From Phoronis australis (taxonomy: Eukaryota > Animalia > Phoronida): a stretch of DNA of 64,000 nucleotides. Numbering within the stretch: position 1 is the first letter of the stretch; each line of letters begins with the position of its first letter. Shown piece by piece: positions 33,681-46,862 of the stretch. The stretch covers positions 333,219 to 397,218 of the forward strand of contig NMRA01000329.1 of NCBI GenBank assembly GCA_002633005.1, given 5' to 3'. The notes beneath the pieces are model-generated. The model made no database searches and was not told the DNA's origin. It saw only the letters and a program-made list of their open reading frames with translations. The position numbers and the translations under genes were made by a program.

Positions 33681-35238
33681 TGGCAAAGGAACAAATAACT
33701 TTCCGAAATTCAATATTTTTTGTTTTTGAATGGGATTAAAAATTTGAAAAGTGCATGGCAGAAATTGCACTTAGCAACTCACAATTTAGAAATTTTCTGA
33801 TACTCTGCGGTTTGCTATCATTTAACGGTCAATGTACACCTTGGCAATTAAATCGCCTGCCTTGTGGACGCCGGGTAGCCAGCCAAGGGCCTACGTGTTG
33901 CCTTATGTACACCAAATGTGCGCACATTAGCTAGTAATGTTTGAGTTCCCCTTAGAATTACTGACAAACTATTGAATATGTAGCGAAAGTATTGCCTCTT
34001 CCAAAAATGAAACTTAACTACGTGCAGAAATTTACGTTTTCAAAGCGTCGTTTGCACGTGCAACAAGTGCTGTTTAGTGCCCCCTGGAAGTGTTTGAGTG
34101 TCAAAATGCTCCGAGCAAGATTTGGCTGTTGACCCTACACGTTTTTATCTGTTTATTTCAATAAATGTGCCACATGATTTAAAAACGCATCATTTTATTC
34201 GGACACATGAAAACACGGTCTTTGTTAAACGCATTAGTATAAAGAATACGTACTTGCTCCACAAGTGCGTATTCTTTATACTAGTGGAAAGGCCTTTGAT
34301 GATTACTCTTCGTCGAAAGCCTTTGCGGCAAAAAGGGTCATGTTAAAAGGAGCACTGAACCCGGTTTTGACCTATTAACAAATTTTGAAAACGACTTTCC
34401 CATCTAGTTCTCTGAAACAAAATAATGGATTGCTCGGTAACCCTGGACTAGAAACCCTCAAGAGTTTGGAGGAAAATTTGAAAACTTATCAAATTCTACT
34501 AAATGGGCAAGCGTGATCTACGTTTTAAGCTAATTCACACGGCATTCGTAATGATTTTCAGGTGTAGCCTGTAGCCCGTAGTTAGTTTTAACAATATTGC
34601 AAGCCAAGCTTCGCCAGTGTAGTACCCTCCGGCCTGTTGCTACGAGTTGGTTTCACCTGTAGTTGTGAAGAATGTCACGTATTCATACTGCCTGTTTCAG
34701 CCTTATGATATATGTTAAGACCTGGAATTATGTATGTCAGCCTTATGGTTTTTAACCTTTTATTATATTAATTGCTGTCGATGACACGCTTTGTTGTGAC
34801 ATATGTTGTTGCATTCAACACATTGTCGCCTGGGTGACAATGTCACCGCAACGCAAGCATATAGTCGATCGGGTGTGACAATATTTTTCAATAACACGAC
34901 ACCCCTGTGTTTTACTTGGTTCATCCCTAAGAGATGATTGCCTACGCGCTTTAATGCACGAATCACCGTTACATCCTGGCTTTCTATAAATAATTATAGT
35001 TCTTATCCATGCGGGTCAATTGTTGACAGATACACGCTACTCTATCTTGTCATGGTTCTGGGCTTGTTCCTTTATACATGTATGCGCTATCCTGGCAGGC
35101 CGCTTCACTGAGTTTTGGCTTGGACTTGAGTAAGTAGATTTGTCAATCGATACCATCAACCAGTGTACCTGTGTTCGGTTGTTACAATGTTTAGTAAGTT
35201 AGACGGTTAGAATTATGCAGCATGCAGAGATGCATCTG

Positions 35239-35305
35239 CATGGGCGGCGCACCATAGGGGGTTAGGGACTATAGCCCCCACTTTTTTAGTGCTGTGCCTC
35301 CCATG
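35239..35305. mobile_element. About 67-bp MITE monomer, same family as 61277-61418
   Basis: CATGGGCGGCGCACCATAGGGGG...CCCATG is the reverse complement of the unit at the right of 61277-61418. Confidence 0.7.
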
Positions 35306-36948
35306 ATATTGGAAAGTAGTGGATCTTGGGTACTTGGGCACTGAGCTCATTTTTGATGTGCTAATTATTATGAAACTCCATTAGCCACAGCGATACCACT
35401 CTAAAAGCTCCTGCTGAACGCCGTGCCTCGTTTGCTTTGCCACTGAACCGTTGTAAAACTGGCCTCGACTTGTTTTTACTTCGGATAGAAGTGGTTTCGA
35501 GAGGTGGGAAGAGTTTGCTTGTTGCTTGACACCAAGATGAACAAGCCCATTGTCATTAAATATGACGAACGAATTCTCAGTTTTCAACAATTAGCTCAAA
35601 AATCGTTCATCTAATACATTACTTCGATCGAGGAACAAGTTGCTGTGCACATAACTTGATCCGCCAACAACAGACTAGTTACTTTACTATAGCTGCCGCC
35701 GGCTCGCAAGCGAACCTCTTGATCCTCACCTCCAGCTCTCATTAGACCGGGATCCCAGAGCTTTTTTGGGCATGAAAAGGTAACCAATTTTCTTTGGTAC
35801 CACAGTGCTCTGTGGGTATCCTGATGCTTGGAAATGGCCGTCTGGCAGGTTCGCTCTGGTGGGTGTGGTCAGGGGAGCCAAGAGAATTACACTCGAAATT
35901 TGAGCTAGATCAACTTTTCTGGTAACCACTTCAAACTGCCTTGGATACCTACTACGTAATCCACTGTATCAAAATTGGCCACTGCCAGACAATTTCAGTG
36001 GTGGGGAGTACNATAGCCAACGGTTATTTCTTCATAAGTTGAGAATTCACGTGTAATTAACTAAGTTGTGTGTGGTCAACCTTTTTACTTCCTGTGAAGG
36101 CGGTCTGTAGCACTTTTATAACTTCTAATCCGGTACGGATTGATTGAAGTTCTCTTTTAGCTTCTGTGAATACATTCTTCGCCTCAACGTTAATTTGTTT
36201 TTTGAAGTTGTGGACTTTGGCTTGATCAATTAAGTTAATAATGCCACCACGACTCGACGTTCATTTGACTATTGCATATGTGTATTGCGTGTTAATTGTC
36301 GTTGATCGAAGTTGGCAGTGACCTGGATCGGGATAAAAAACTACACAGCATAATCCTATTGCTCCCACGTATCGTGGTGTCTGTGCTTGAGGTCAAACTG
36401 ATTTATTGCAATTATATGTTTTTTAGTGATAAAGGTATGGAGACGAGGACAGACATTTTTACGTTTGTATTGAGCATCTGTGTAAAAGTGTCAGTAGCAC
36501 TGTTCTAAATAATCAGCTAATCTGCAGTTCTCGCAGTTATCATTTCCAACTTATTTCATTCCATTATATGTTTTCACCATTCCGATGAGACTGTCACTGG
36601 TCTCCTTATCATCTTTTGGGGCCAGCTGCCTGCCTTATGTATCCCGTATTGCGGGACATAATAAGCCCCTTCTGTTATGTGTCAAATGAAGACGTACTGT
36701 CTACCAGCATTTTGCAATCCCAGAGGTATCATGGCTTCAGTACGCAATTTTAACACATTAAGAACCAGCACTCCACCATATTAGAAAAGGGAGAGAAATG
36801 CAGTAATATAACATTTGAGACTTTAATTTATGAATTCATTTTGACTGATGATGTTTTTACGGCCAACGAAATTTGATTTGCGTGCTTGCCAGAGCATAGA
36901 TTTGATGAACACAAATCTTTCAATCCAAAAGGCAGAAAACGCCAAGCA

Positions 36949-37198
36949 CATGCGCGCATCCAGCCTTCAATATGGGGGGACTCGAATTCCTGACTTTGTG
37001 GACCTTTGGTAACAAAAATGCGAGCGGACTAAAAAAAAACGGGAGCACCACTGTGGATTGCGCGTTTGCGCATGTTTACTGGACTTATGCCTTATTTTCT
37101 AGGACTTCTTGTCTCTCTGAGGCGGACCTTTTTGCCCACTTCGCCAAATAAGGGGGCTCGTTCCAGCCCCCCTCCCCTCCCCCCTGGGTGCGCGCATG
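36949..37198. mobile_element. 250-bp MITE with 15-bp TIRs and 5-bp TSD AAGCA
   Basis: CATGCGCGCATCCAG / CTGGGTGCGCGCATG (14/15); AAGCA at 36944-36948 and 37199-37203. Confidence 0.85.
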
Positions 37199-38157
37199 AA
37201 GCACACTATCGTCTGTCCGATAGTATAAGGTTAATTTTGGATAAATGTTGCATGTTCCTTGACATCTATGATAAAATGGGCTTCTTCTGGCTGCGTAAAA
37301 TATAATGATTGAAGTCGTCCTACAGATCGTATTCCACGTTTGCTAATGGTGTTGCTCGAGATGACCGATATCTTACAGCCCTTCCTGTGTATGACGTTTT
37401 TCGCTATCCGTAAAAATGTCAAATGTAAAAGTGGGGGCAAGGGGGCCATGACCCCCCTAAATTTCTCCTACATTCCATTTCGGGCAGTACGGGGTGCTAA
37501 TATCTGACGGCAAAATCCTGGCTAATACTCTGCCCTGTCCCCCAACTCTAAATCCTGGATCTACCCCTGTGAAAGGTATGAGAAGTTCTCTGGGAAGCCT
37601 AATAAGGTGCCGGTGCATAGTTAAAAGTAGTCACTGATGTCGTGACTTTAAATAACGGTCTGAGAACAAAATAAACGAGTTCGTAAATGGTTTAACTCTA
37701 AACATATAGTGCAAGCCCCTAAAATTTCATTTGGCAGTTCGGGGATGCAAATGTCTGACGGGCAAAGTCCTGGCTAATGCTCAGCCCTGNCCCCCCCCCC
37801 CCCTAACTCAGAATCCTGGGTCCGCCCCGCTTATCGTCAGATTAATCTTCCCTCATGACCGAGAATGAACGAAAATTAACAAGATAGTTCAATAGCAAGC
37901 CTAGGTGGCTATGTCATGTGACACTATAACACTTCTCCGCCCTAATAATTACTACCCTGAGTCTTTTATGTTGTTAACAGGATTAGCCGTCATGAAAGGG
38001 AAATGGAAGTTTGTCTGATCACTTCAATTTGTTTTGTACCGTTTGATTACGGGTTAACGATATCGCATTTAACCTTTGGTTAATTTATTTTATATCTGAA
38101 TATTTTTTTTTTTGTTCAAGGTACAGCTCCCAGACAACACAGCCCTGAACGCCAACG

Positions 38158-39012
38158 ATGGGGTCTTTCATGGGCCACTTCATCCCTGGCTTTGGTTTTT
38201 TCCTTCTGGCCACTTGGTGGTTGTGTCACAGTCTCGTTCGTTTCTTCAGACATCGCTTCCTGAGGATTCCGTTTCAGTCAAAAGCCAGCTACACCTTGCC
38301 GTGCTACTGTTTTTGCAAAAAGCGCTCTGTGGAGATTCCGGTAGAGGCCGCTCTGAAAGGTGGATTCCCCATTTTGGGAATAGTAGTGGAAGCGAGTGTT
38401 GGATATCGAGATGGGAAAATGGAACCAATGAATGCCCAGCACATCACCATGTATTTTGCGTTTGTCTTATCGGGATTGGTGGATTTTCTGTTATACTTCG
38501 ACACGTCATTACCCAAGGGAATTGATTATGTGGCCTTTATTCTGGCTAATTTAATTGAGATGATTTTATTCCTTTTCCATCTGCACCACAGAACGCCTAC
38601 GGACGTACATGTCCACATGCTTCTGGTTTACACGCTCGCCATTATCATCTTCATTTGTTTAGTGGACATGGCGTACCCAAACCAACCACTAGCTGCATTG
38701 GCAAAGTCCTACATTCTATTCGTCAAAGCTGTATGGTATGTCCAAGTCGGTTACATTCTCTACAACCCCACACCGTTTCCAGGCAGAAAGGAATGGTTCA
38801 AAAACGACCCCGAGGAGATTATGTCTGTGACGATATACTATGCGCTTAATCTCGGCGCATCATTTTTCTTCTATGTTCTTATAACAGTATGCTTTGGAAC
38901 TCTTTATCGCACCTGTTGCGCTACAACAGAAGCCCGCAGAGAGAGTCGAGCTGCTAGGCAACCATTGTTAGGTGACACCGGCCCGGCAGAGACGGATGAG
39001 CCTGTCGGGTAA
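38158..39012 (+). CDS. TMEM45B: Transmembrane protein 45-like (DUF716 family), 284 aa, single coding exon
   Basis: Family motifs MGSFMGHFIPGFGFFLLATWW, NAQHITMYFAFVLSGLVD, LFLFHLHHRTPTDVHVHMLL, WYVQVGYILY and multiple hydrophobic helices. A polypyrimidine/AG acceptor at about 38120 implies an upstream non-coding exon. AATAAA at 39061-39066. TMEM45A versus B orthology cannot be resolved for an invertebrate. Confidence 0.88.
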   Translation: MGSFMGHFIPGFGFFLLATWWLCHSLVRFFRHRFLRIPFQSKASYTLPCYCFCKKRSVEIPVEAALKGGFPILGIVVEASVGYRDGKMEPMNAQHITMYFAFVLSGLVDFLLYFDTSLPKGIDYVAFILANLIEMILFLFHLHHRTPTDVHVHMLLVYTLAIIIFICLVDMAYPNQPLAALAKSYILFVKAVWYVQVGYILYNPTPFPGRKEWFKNDPEEIMSVTIYYALNLGASFFFYVLITVCFGTLYRTCCATTEARRESRAARQPLLGDTGPAETDEPVG

Positions 39013-39889
39013 ACGCTGGCGCCAAAGTCATATGTATATGAGACGACTCCAAATCAGAGCAATAAACACTGACTGCCATTGGTCGGAGACGATTTTCGTT
39101 TTTCGAAATATATTTTGCGCCCCTCGTACGTGTTGGGTGAATCTGGCTGTCTGGTGTTACCTGGTGAATTGATCCCAAAAAGTAGCATAAGATCATAAAT
39201 GCTTCACGAATATTTTACTCTGGAAAAAATGAAACTCATTTTTTAAGAATATTAGAACAAATGACGTTTGTCGTGCTTAGGCCTACAGCTTTGTTTTTGT
39301 TTCAATTAAGGGACATTACTGTTTTTACGGCTGAATCACATTTTTGTGATTGGGTGGGAGACATTTTGTAGTTATTATTTTAACCAGAACTATAAAACAA
39401 TAAGACCAGTTGTGTGTTTGTGATTTTATGACAAATCGTCAATTATCATCGTCGTCTGCCAGGCATATTCAATGATACCAAGGCCGACGACTTTATCACT
39501 CGAATAGGCTTTAAATGCCCTGCCATTTAACTGTTACCGCGAATAGGTGCTGCGGTTATTCTAAAAAAATAACTATCTTTTCTCTCCGACACTAAAACAC
39601 GCCTTCACTTTTCCATGGATAGAACGCTACGACATTCACGAGGACGAAAAGGTTAAGAACATTTTTTAAATATAGTCTGCTGCTCAAAGCGGTTTTCGTA
39701 TAAAGTAAGTCTCATTTTGTTAATTTGAAATTTGAGCTGAAACGAGCTCAAATTATTCGGGATGCGGTTTTTTATTTACTTGGTTTTGTGAGTGGCTCAA
39801 ACAGGCTCTTTTCCAGGTGATAGTTTTCATATTTAGAAGAGATCATTTCAAGAGGTGCGTAGAAGTTGCTGGAACTCTCACAAAAGCAC

Positions 39890-39995
39890 GTAACTTAGAT
39901 ATGGCTGTGGACATCAATACCCAACACAGATTCTCGAAGCTTTTGATGCGTATAACCCTGCGTCCAGATATAGCCATATTGTCTAATTCCGATCC
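39890..39995 (+). mobile_element. Relic of the restriction-like endonuclease of an RLE-type non-LTR retrotransposon (HERO/NeSL-like)
   Basis: Peptide AVDINTQHRFSKLLMRITLRPDIAILS resembles the D....L.FP..I..T.LRPDIVL.S RLE motif. Confidence 0.4.
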
Positions 39996-41439
39996 CATGC
40001 TTGTGAGTCAGTGAACGGTGTTTGCAGGTACGTGAGTCGTGTTTATGCGTCCGTGACGTGTTTATGAGTTCGTTAATCGTGTAGTTTAGGTACCTTGAAT
40101 TCGGCTTGGATGTTTTAGCCGGCATGGGAGTTTAGGTCCTTGGAGGTCTGAGTACGAATGCAAATTATTGTCGGATGTCCAGCAATGTAATGCATCAGTG
40201 TTCCATCAATCGGTGCAATTTGTTTTTCCATCGAGGTTAGATATGTAGAGGCTCCCATGCTACAAGTGCCTGAAGATGCTCTAAGCTCTTGGCATTTCTG
40301 GGAAGTCAGAAATGTTAGCGAAAGGCGTTTTATCGGCCGCTGAGGCCATTTCGTCGTGGATGTAGATACAGTTGGTGTTCCAGCAAAAGAGAGTAAGCCC
40401 ATTTGATCAGAGTATGGTCAGCCCTGGTGGCCTACCACTGCATGAAGTACCACATGAATGGTTGATTCTTCTGAGAAAGACAAGAAATTCGCTGGGTTAA
40501 ATAACACAACAACCACGTTATCTGTTTAAAGTGATTTGGTGTTTCCAGGGATTGAAAATACGGAAACTTGCTACATGGTGTCAAATTTATTAAAGTGTGC
40601 CACGGTCATCAACGCTATTGTGTAATAATCATTCAAACTGTGTCCCAAGCATGTTAAGCAGCCATGAACGCGCCTAACTTCCATCCATCACAAAAACCAA
40701 CTTTTGATTTAGACTACTTATGAAATCGGTCTACTGTCCCTTAGTCAAATCTCTGTGAGCGACGTCCAGGCTCCAAAAGAAGTAACAGCCGTTCAACAGT
40801 GGTGGCAAGCCCACAAGTCACTGCCCATCTCAGCATATGGAACAACTTGAGGCCAAGTTTTTAGCGGTGTGCTAAATCGATACTTTGGCGGAACGGAAAT
40901 TTATATCCGCTTAACTTATTAAATTATCTAAGATTAGGAATACTTGAAAATGGCTTCACTAGGAACTAACCTTGTCTTTGTTTTCCGGAATCCACAAAGT
41001 TTTATATGGAAGAAACAGAGGTTAGGAAAAAGCCACAGTTAAGAATCATTGTATTACAAAACCTGCTCACTGTACACATTTGTTTTTGTTTTCTCTGTGC
41101 CGGTACGAGTCCACGGTTTCGTCTACCATGTTGAATATTTAGGTTGAGTGAACAAACCAATTTTACGTGAGTTTCTCTTGTAAGTGGACGGGAGTGTAAG
41201 GCCAGCCGAAACCAGAATTTTTTCAAGATTTCCAGTAGATTGTGAAAGGTTGTAATTATGCCATTGCCAATATATTCTGGATTGCTACACACTCGTTTTT
41301 CTTTGTGGCAACTACGTATTCTCAATTTTGGTACCCATTTAAAATGCCGACGATGTCAGCACAAATCTGGCAATTTGAAACCGGCGCTAGCTTTTTTACG
41401 TAGTCCATCCGTCACAAGCGAAGCCCGAGATCATATTAG

Positions 41440-42800
41440 GCTTTCTTGCAAGGGTCTTGAGTCAGGAACACAAACCAGTTGTGCACGCACGCTGTTACAC
41501 TTGTCCACCTTGCATACTCCACTGCAGTGTTGGTTTAGGCTGCACATAACAAATTGCAGGCAATCGGATAAATGCACCATATCCCGGTGGCTATATGGGC
41601 GGGAAATTGTGTACCTTTAGCAAGCACTGGGGTGTAAAAAGATGGAATTCAAACTGGAGCGGGCACTGACATAAGTGACTCCCATTTCTTGTTTTTAATC
41701 CTGAGCAGCTAATGAACTTCACGGATCTGAAGCTCTCTCGACGGAGCTCAGTGGTAGTTTTTTCTGTGCCTTCAGTCATTTCTCGGCACTAATGTAATTC
41801 GAATTATTTTTCCCTTGACAGCTTCTTGTTCCGATGAGGAACTATTAAAGATGAAACTCTAGTTTTCGAATTATTAGAGATAAAACATCGCTAAAGACGC
41901 TAGGCGATGGGCCAGAATTTGTAGGGCTTCTAGAAAATGTTTTTTGTGAGTACTTTAGGGAGGCAATTTTATTTTGGTGTTTTTTAATTCGTTTACTAGA
42001 GTGTTTTCAAAATCTGAAAAGTTCCCACATATAAAGTTGCACATTATTGAGAAATTTGAGTTTGAAATTGCATAATAACCACCATAGAGCTTAGACTTGT
42101 AAAAACAACAGCTTTTGCTATCTTTTTTGTAAAACAAGTAATATGGTCCCATCAATGCCATTGTATTGAACAATAACACACTCACATTACATGTTTTATT
42201 GTTGTAGACTAATTATAAACAGTGAAAATTAAAAAATGTAAAGTGATACCTAGTGGCAGAAATGTCAACTAAATCTGAATGTTACTAGGAGGTTATTCTG
42301 GCATTGTGTGGCAACAAAAATTACACAAAACACTTGAGACTGGGCAAAATTTGTGCCTCAATGACTGAATCATTGAATAATGGTGTAAAATATAGCTTGT
42401 TTTCATAATACACCAAAAATACGTTATAGTACAAAAACAATAGTTGAATGATCTCTGTGAATGTGCACACAGACTGTATGTAATAGATTATTCTGACAGC
42501 GTTTATCAAGCAGTATGAGACAAATACATGACAATGATCAAAGTATGTACTTTCTGTGACTTACTCAACAAATAAAATTCACTTTTTAATACAAAAAACA
42601 CGAAATATGGGGTTGGAGGTCTATTTAGGGTTGACTTGTCAAAGAACTATCCAATGATATGCAGTCAGTGTTGCTGATGTTACTACAGTTGTCCCAGCTG
42701 CACATTTCTGTACAGTTTGACCCAGCACACATGCTCTTTTTGCACTTGCAGCGTTCATCGTTTAGTACTGTCAATGAAGCTGCTGGCATTGCCCTACATT
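41440..42800 (-). mobile_element. Fragments of the Cys-rich C-terminus of Academ-like DNA-transposon protein(s)
   Basis: 42795-42676 translates to AMPAASLTVLNDERCKCKKSMCAGSNCTEMCSWDNCSN. 41780-41440 gives ELRRESF..FEFHL and LQFVMC..CSGVCKVDKC..LVC. The pattern resembles the XPG-tail/Cys8 finger. Confidence 0.35.
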
Positions 42801-44980
42801 TTAACTACAAAGCTCCACCGCCACGAACTTATCAGGAACTAATCCACCACCAGCCTAACAAATTAACATGCCGTCTAATCTGTCGCCTAAACATGTTGAT
42901 CGTCTAATAATTAGATTAGTGATTGAAATTTAACTTTTTAAATCAGATGCTCATACCATAGTCAATTGATTTACACTTAAGGTAATCAATGTTTGACGAA
43001 ATGGACAGTGGCATCATTACAGCTACCTAAATAATTAATGTTTACAAAAAATTGAGAAGAGGTTACCTCTATCCCAGAACTACGGTAGGGGATGACGGCC
43101 ACTCGGGAATTTTGGTTGCAACCATCTCAGTACTCCATTTAACCTCCTAAAAAATTTGTGACTTAAAGTGCTTAAAATCACACCCACACTATAACGCCAT
43201 ATGATTATCTCTTGGCGCAAGCAGTATCGATGTGGCAACTGAACAAGGGAGTGTTAGAAAAACAGGATTGCAGGAGTATTTGTTTAAACTGGGAACAAAT
43301 GAAAACATTAACGGCCTCCTCAGAGGCATCTCTCTACGCGGTACTTCTAAACTTATAGGAACGTGACTTATGTTTTAACCAGTGTGATGCACAATTTGCC
43401 GACAAGCATCCGGCATATGGAGTACATGGTATGATCACCGTCTCTACTGGGTCAGCGGTATTGTCTATGGCCTAGGCAGCCAAGGGGCTAAACAAGTTAA
43501 AAAAACATTTGGTGATAAAACTGAAACACACTTGGAAAACACCAAGATGTACCTTTCAAAAGCATGTACCTGTTTTTCAAAGCTATATAGTTGTTACTTT
43601 TTTCTCTTTCTTGAAATGTGGTTTATATACTTTTCCTGCTAACAATTGATGCACTCATGTTTCAGAATGATGTTCCTGTCTTGTTCAGGTTAATTGGATG
43701 TTTTAGATTTTGGAAATATAATTGATTTTCTTGGGAAATCTTGGATAACATCTGTATAAATTTCAGCAACTTCAGCTTTAGTACTACTGCTGGTGTCTTG
43801 AAACGTTGCTATACCTTTGTCCTTTCAATTTTTGGTCTGACACTTGGTCTTCTACAGCAGTACACTAATACTAGTGTATACCAGGACATGCATCTGTTTT
43901 CTGTACAAACGTTTGTGACACCTCTTCTTCTTTTTGATCTACTGATCTGAAGAGTTCCACAGTCCATCAGCTTTCGTCAGGAAGCTTCTCTAAGCTTCTT
44001 CAGGCTCTGGTATCACAATTTGTGCTGTTTGATAAACCTTGAATTATACAGGCAGGCACAGTAACTCAGCACAACAATACAATCTGGCTCTCTGATTGGT
44101 CAATTCAATAGAAAAGCGCCACCAAGTGGCAGGAATGTGCATAATATTTTGTGCAACAAAAACACCTTTTTAAAAAAATGTGCAAGTGTAGACGTGGGAA
44201 CTTTTTGGAATTTGATTTATACGTATATTATCTAGCCACATAGAAAAAGTTAGGTTGCCCCCCAAAATACTCACAAGGATGAACGCTATGAGATCTGGCC
44301 CACCGACTATTAATAACGATGAATTACTCAGGGGGGGNGGGGCAACAACGGCCTCCGAGACGGCGGATGTGAATTGTTGCCACAAGTAACCAAATTATTT
44401 TCGCAGGCGATGGATTTATTTTAAAACATAACACCTGTACGCCTTGTCACTTTATTTTTTTTTGTATGTCGCTAACTTCAAGAACCCTGAGAGCTCAACT
44501 TTCAGCAACGTCGTCTGACACCCGCACTGAGTTTGGGACCGCAGTCGACTAGATAAAACACGTACATATTCGAATAAATCACGCTAGAGAATGTGGCAGT
44601 GGGTTTAATTATAGACTATAGACGAGTATCTATAGTTTAACAACAGTTCCACATCGAATGTGAAGCTCTCGGGTTTTGAAGAATTCCCTCAACTCACGGA
44701 AAGGTGTCAAATTAACTCACGATTTTGATTACATTATCCCAATATTGAACTAAATCTCCCACTTTTCTCGAATTGTAATGACGGGTTACCCGGTAATCGA
44801 GGATGAGTGGGACAGTGTGCCTCATTGGTTTCTGACTACCGCCTCTCGATTTCGGAAGTCATGTTGACAATCCGTTACTGGATGTTTGTGTATTATCTTG
44901 AAGTAATAAAAAATGCAAACCAAAAATTGATTTTCGCGTATTGCATCTCAGTCAAAATGGCATTAGTACGCGGTTCTTAA

Positions 44981-45890
44981 AGATAGCCTCTAGACACCAA
45001 AACACCCTTTTGACACCAGAAATATAGACGAGTAGTTTTTAATAAAATATTGTTTTTGTTTCTTGCACACCATGTACAGTATGTAATTAATTGCGACGTA
45101 AATGTTACCGCCTATAATTCGTAGCCACTTGGCGTGTCCCAGAGAAACTCTATCAGCGTTAAGTGGTATCAGGAAGAGATAACGTTTGAAATCACGTTAA
45201 AATGCGCTAAAACAGTTGTCCCTTCCTGGTTATCTCTTCCTGGTGGTATACATAACACCATCGTGCCAACGAAATTTCCCCTAAGCCTCACTGCGCAACA
45301 GCTGCCGTCACTGAAGTTTCTTGGACGTCGGCAAGTCATCGGTCTCTGCCGGCAAACTGAAAACGCCACTTGCTTGTGCCACAATGTAAGCGACAATGGC
45401 ATACATTTGTGTAACTCCCCCACCGATCCCGTCATGTGCCGTGCAAGGACTGGCGATAAAATTTCCGATCATGCAGCGACAACTGGTCTCGCCTTAGCTG
45501 GTGCAAAGCTGTATACCAACTCTACAGCTTAATTTGCGCCGATGTGAGTAAAATGTGACCAAATGGAATATGACACAACATCGGTGTCATTAAAAGCTAG
45601 GCCTACACTGCTCTTCTTTGAGTAAACTAAATATTTACCGGTGTTGGAAAAAATGGCATCACCGTTCGTCTGCTGCTAAAATTGATGCACTCTTTTGGGT
45701 CGGCTTTCGGCTGTCACTTATTGGCTAGTTTCTGTTTCCTGATTCATCAATCAAATGTTCTTCCCTTCCACGAGATTGCGTACATGTCACAACAAATTAT
45801 CGGAAATGGTTTTCTTTCGTTATAAGTTTTTAGTCTTTTAATACCAGCAAACTAAATTTCAGAACAAATTTTGCCGCTGCGAAGCTGTCT
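44981..45890. mobile_element. Probable non-autonomous Kolobok-type element abutting the next one
   Basis: Preceded by TTAA (44977-44980); ends AGATAGCCTC vs reverse-complement AGACAGCTTC (8/10). Confidence 0.4.
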
Positions 45891-45893
45891 TAA

Positions 45894-46862
45894 AGTGTAC
45901 ACAACTTGACTCTAGTACCTCAAAATAATTTTTATTATTATATCTTGCTTGATCTTTTCAGTGCCTTTAGTGCACTGCTCATAAAGAAACACGCAAAAAA
46001 ATGAAAAAATAAAAATTATGTACAACGTCATGGGTTGAACCCAAGTCGTCCGCTTTACGTTGTTCGGATCAGAGACAAAGTGTAAAGAGTGAAGAGACAG
46101 CAAAGTATATTTAGTGTCGAGAAGGTTCGTAGAGGGATCAAAAGATGTGTTTCCGGAGGCTGCAGCAACAGCAGCCAGGCGGAGAACGTCTCGGTGTTCC
46201 GAAGGACACCAAAGTTGCGCAGAAGTGGCATCGCTTCGAGCGCTGAACGAGAGTGTGGGACGTCATCGTGGACCAAGCGATTCGGTCCGGGGCCACTCTG
46301 TGTTCTGCCCACTTTGAGGACTCGTGTTTCGACTCCAGTCACAGGAGACGTTACGACGAAGGCCTGGTTCAATAAAGGACAATATTCGTCATTCAGAAAC
46401 ATCAGCTCTTAGTTCAAGATCGTCTGTGATGACTGGATTGACTCGCTGAGCCCGAGGCCGCTTCTCTCGCGGGAGGATCCAGTTCGTAAGGCCAAAAGTA
46501 GAAAAGTACGCAGCCGGAACCAGGTTAAACTTGTTCTCGCTTTCGTGCAACCCCATTTCCTCATCCTGGCCACCATTCCCGTACGTTTCTTCATAGTATA
46601 TTTTGTTCAATTCTTGCTCATAATCGTCGTCGCTTTCAAATTCCCTGCTCTCCGCCATTGTTCGATGCTAGTCACTGATCTCCTGTGTTCAACCCATGAC
46701 GTCACGTGGCGGCAAATGTGAAAATTGGCAAAATTAAAAGAAAAATCAAAATTTCGAGCTAATTACACAAAATAAATATGGGTTTACCTAAATTTTACGT
46801 CATACATTTAGTCTGTGGCCACCGGTAATTAAAAATGTGCAAAAATCCATGGTGTGTACTGT
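45894..46862. mobile_element. 969-bp Kolobok-type element: TTAA-flanked, THAP relic (+) converging on an acidic ORF start (-)
   Basis: TTAA at 45890-45893 and 46863-46866; termini AGTGTACACAAC / rc ACAGTACACACC (9/12). Perfect 16-bp internal inverted repeat at 46025-46040 / 46687-46702. THAP residues KRCVSGGCSN (46140-), then after a frameshift W..*..LCSAHFEDSCFD (46226-46333). Opposing MAESREFESDDDYEQ from 46658. Confidence 0.7.

Noticed and set aside
35381-35990. Possible LINE endonuclease relic
   Set aside because: Only a weak VIFND-like word; no other diagnostic motif readable.
36845-36875. CTGATGA...GAAA hammerhead-like word
   Set aside because: No convincing stem I, stem III or cleavage triplet.
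40115-40402. Possible Gypsy RT-RNase H linker relic
   Set aside because: Only a vague resemblance (FP..ELR..G..APL); not enough to call.
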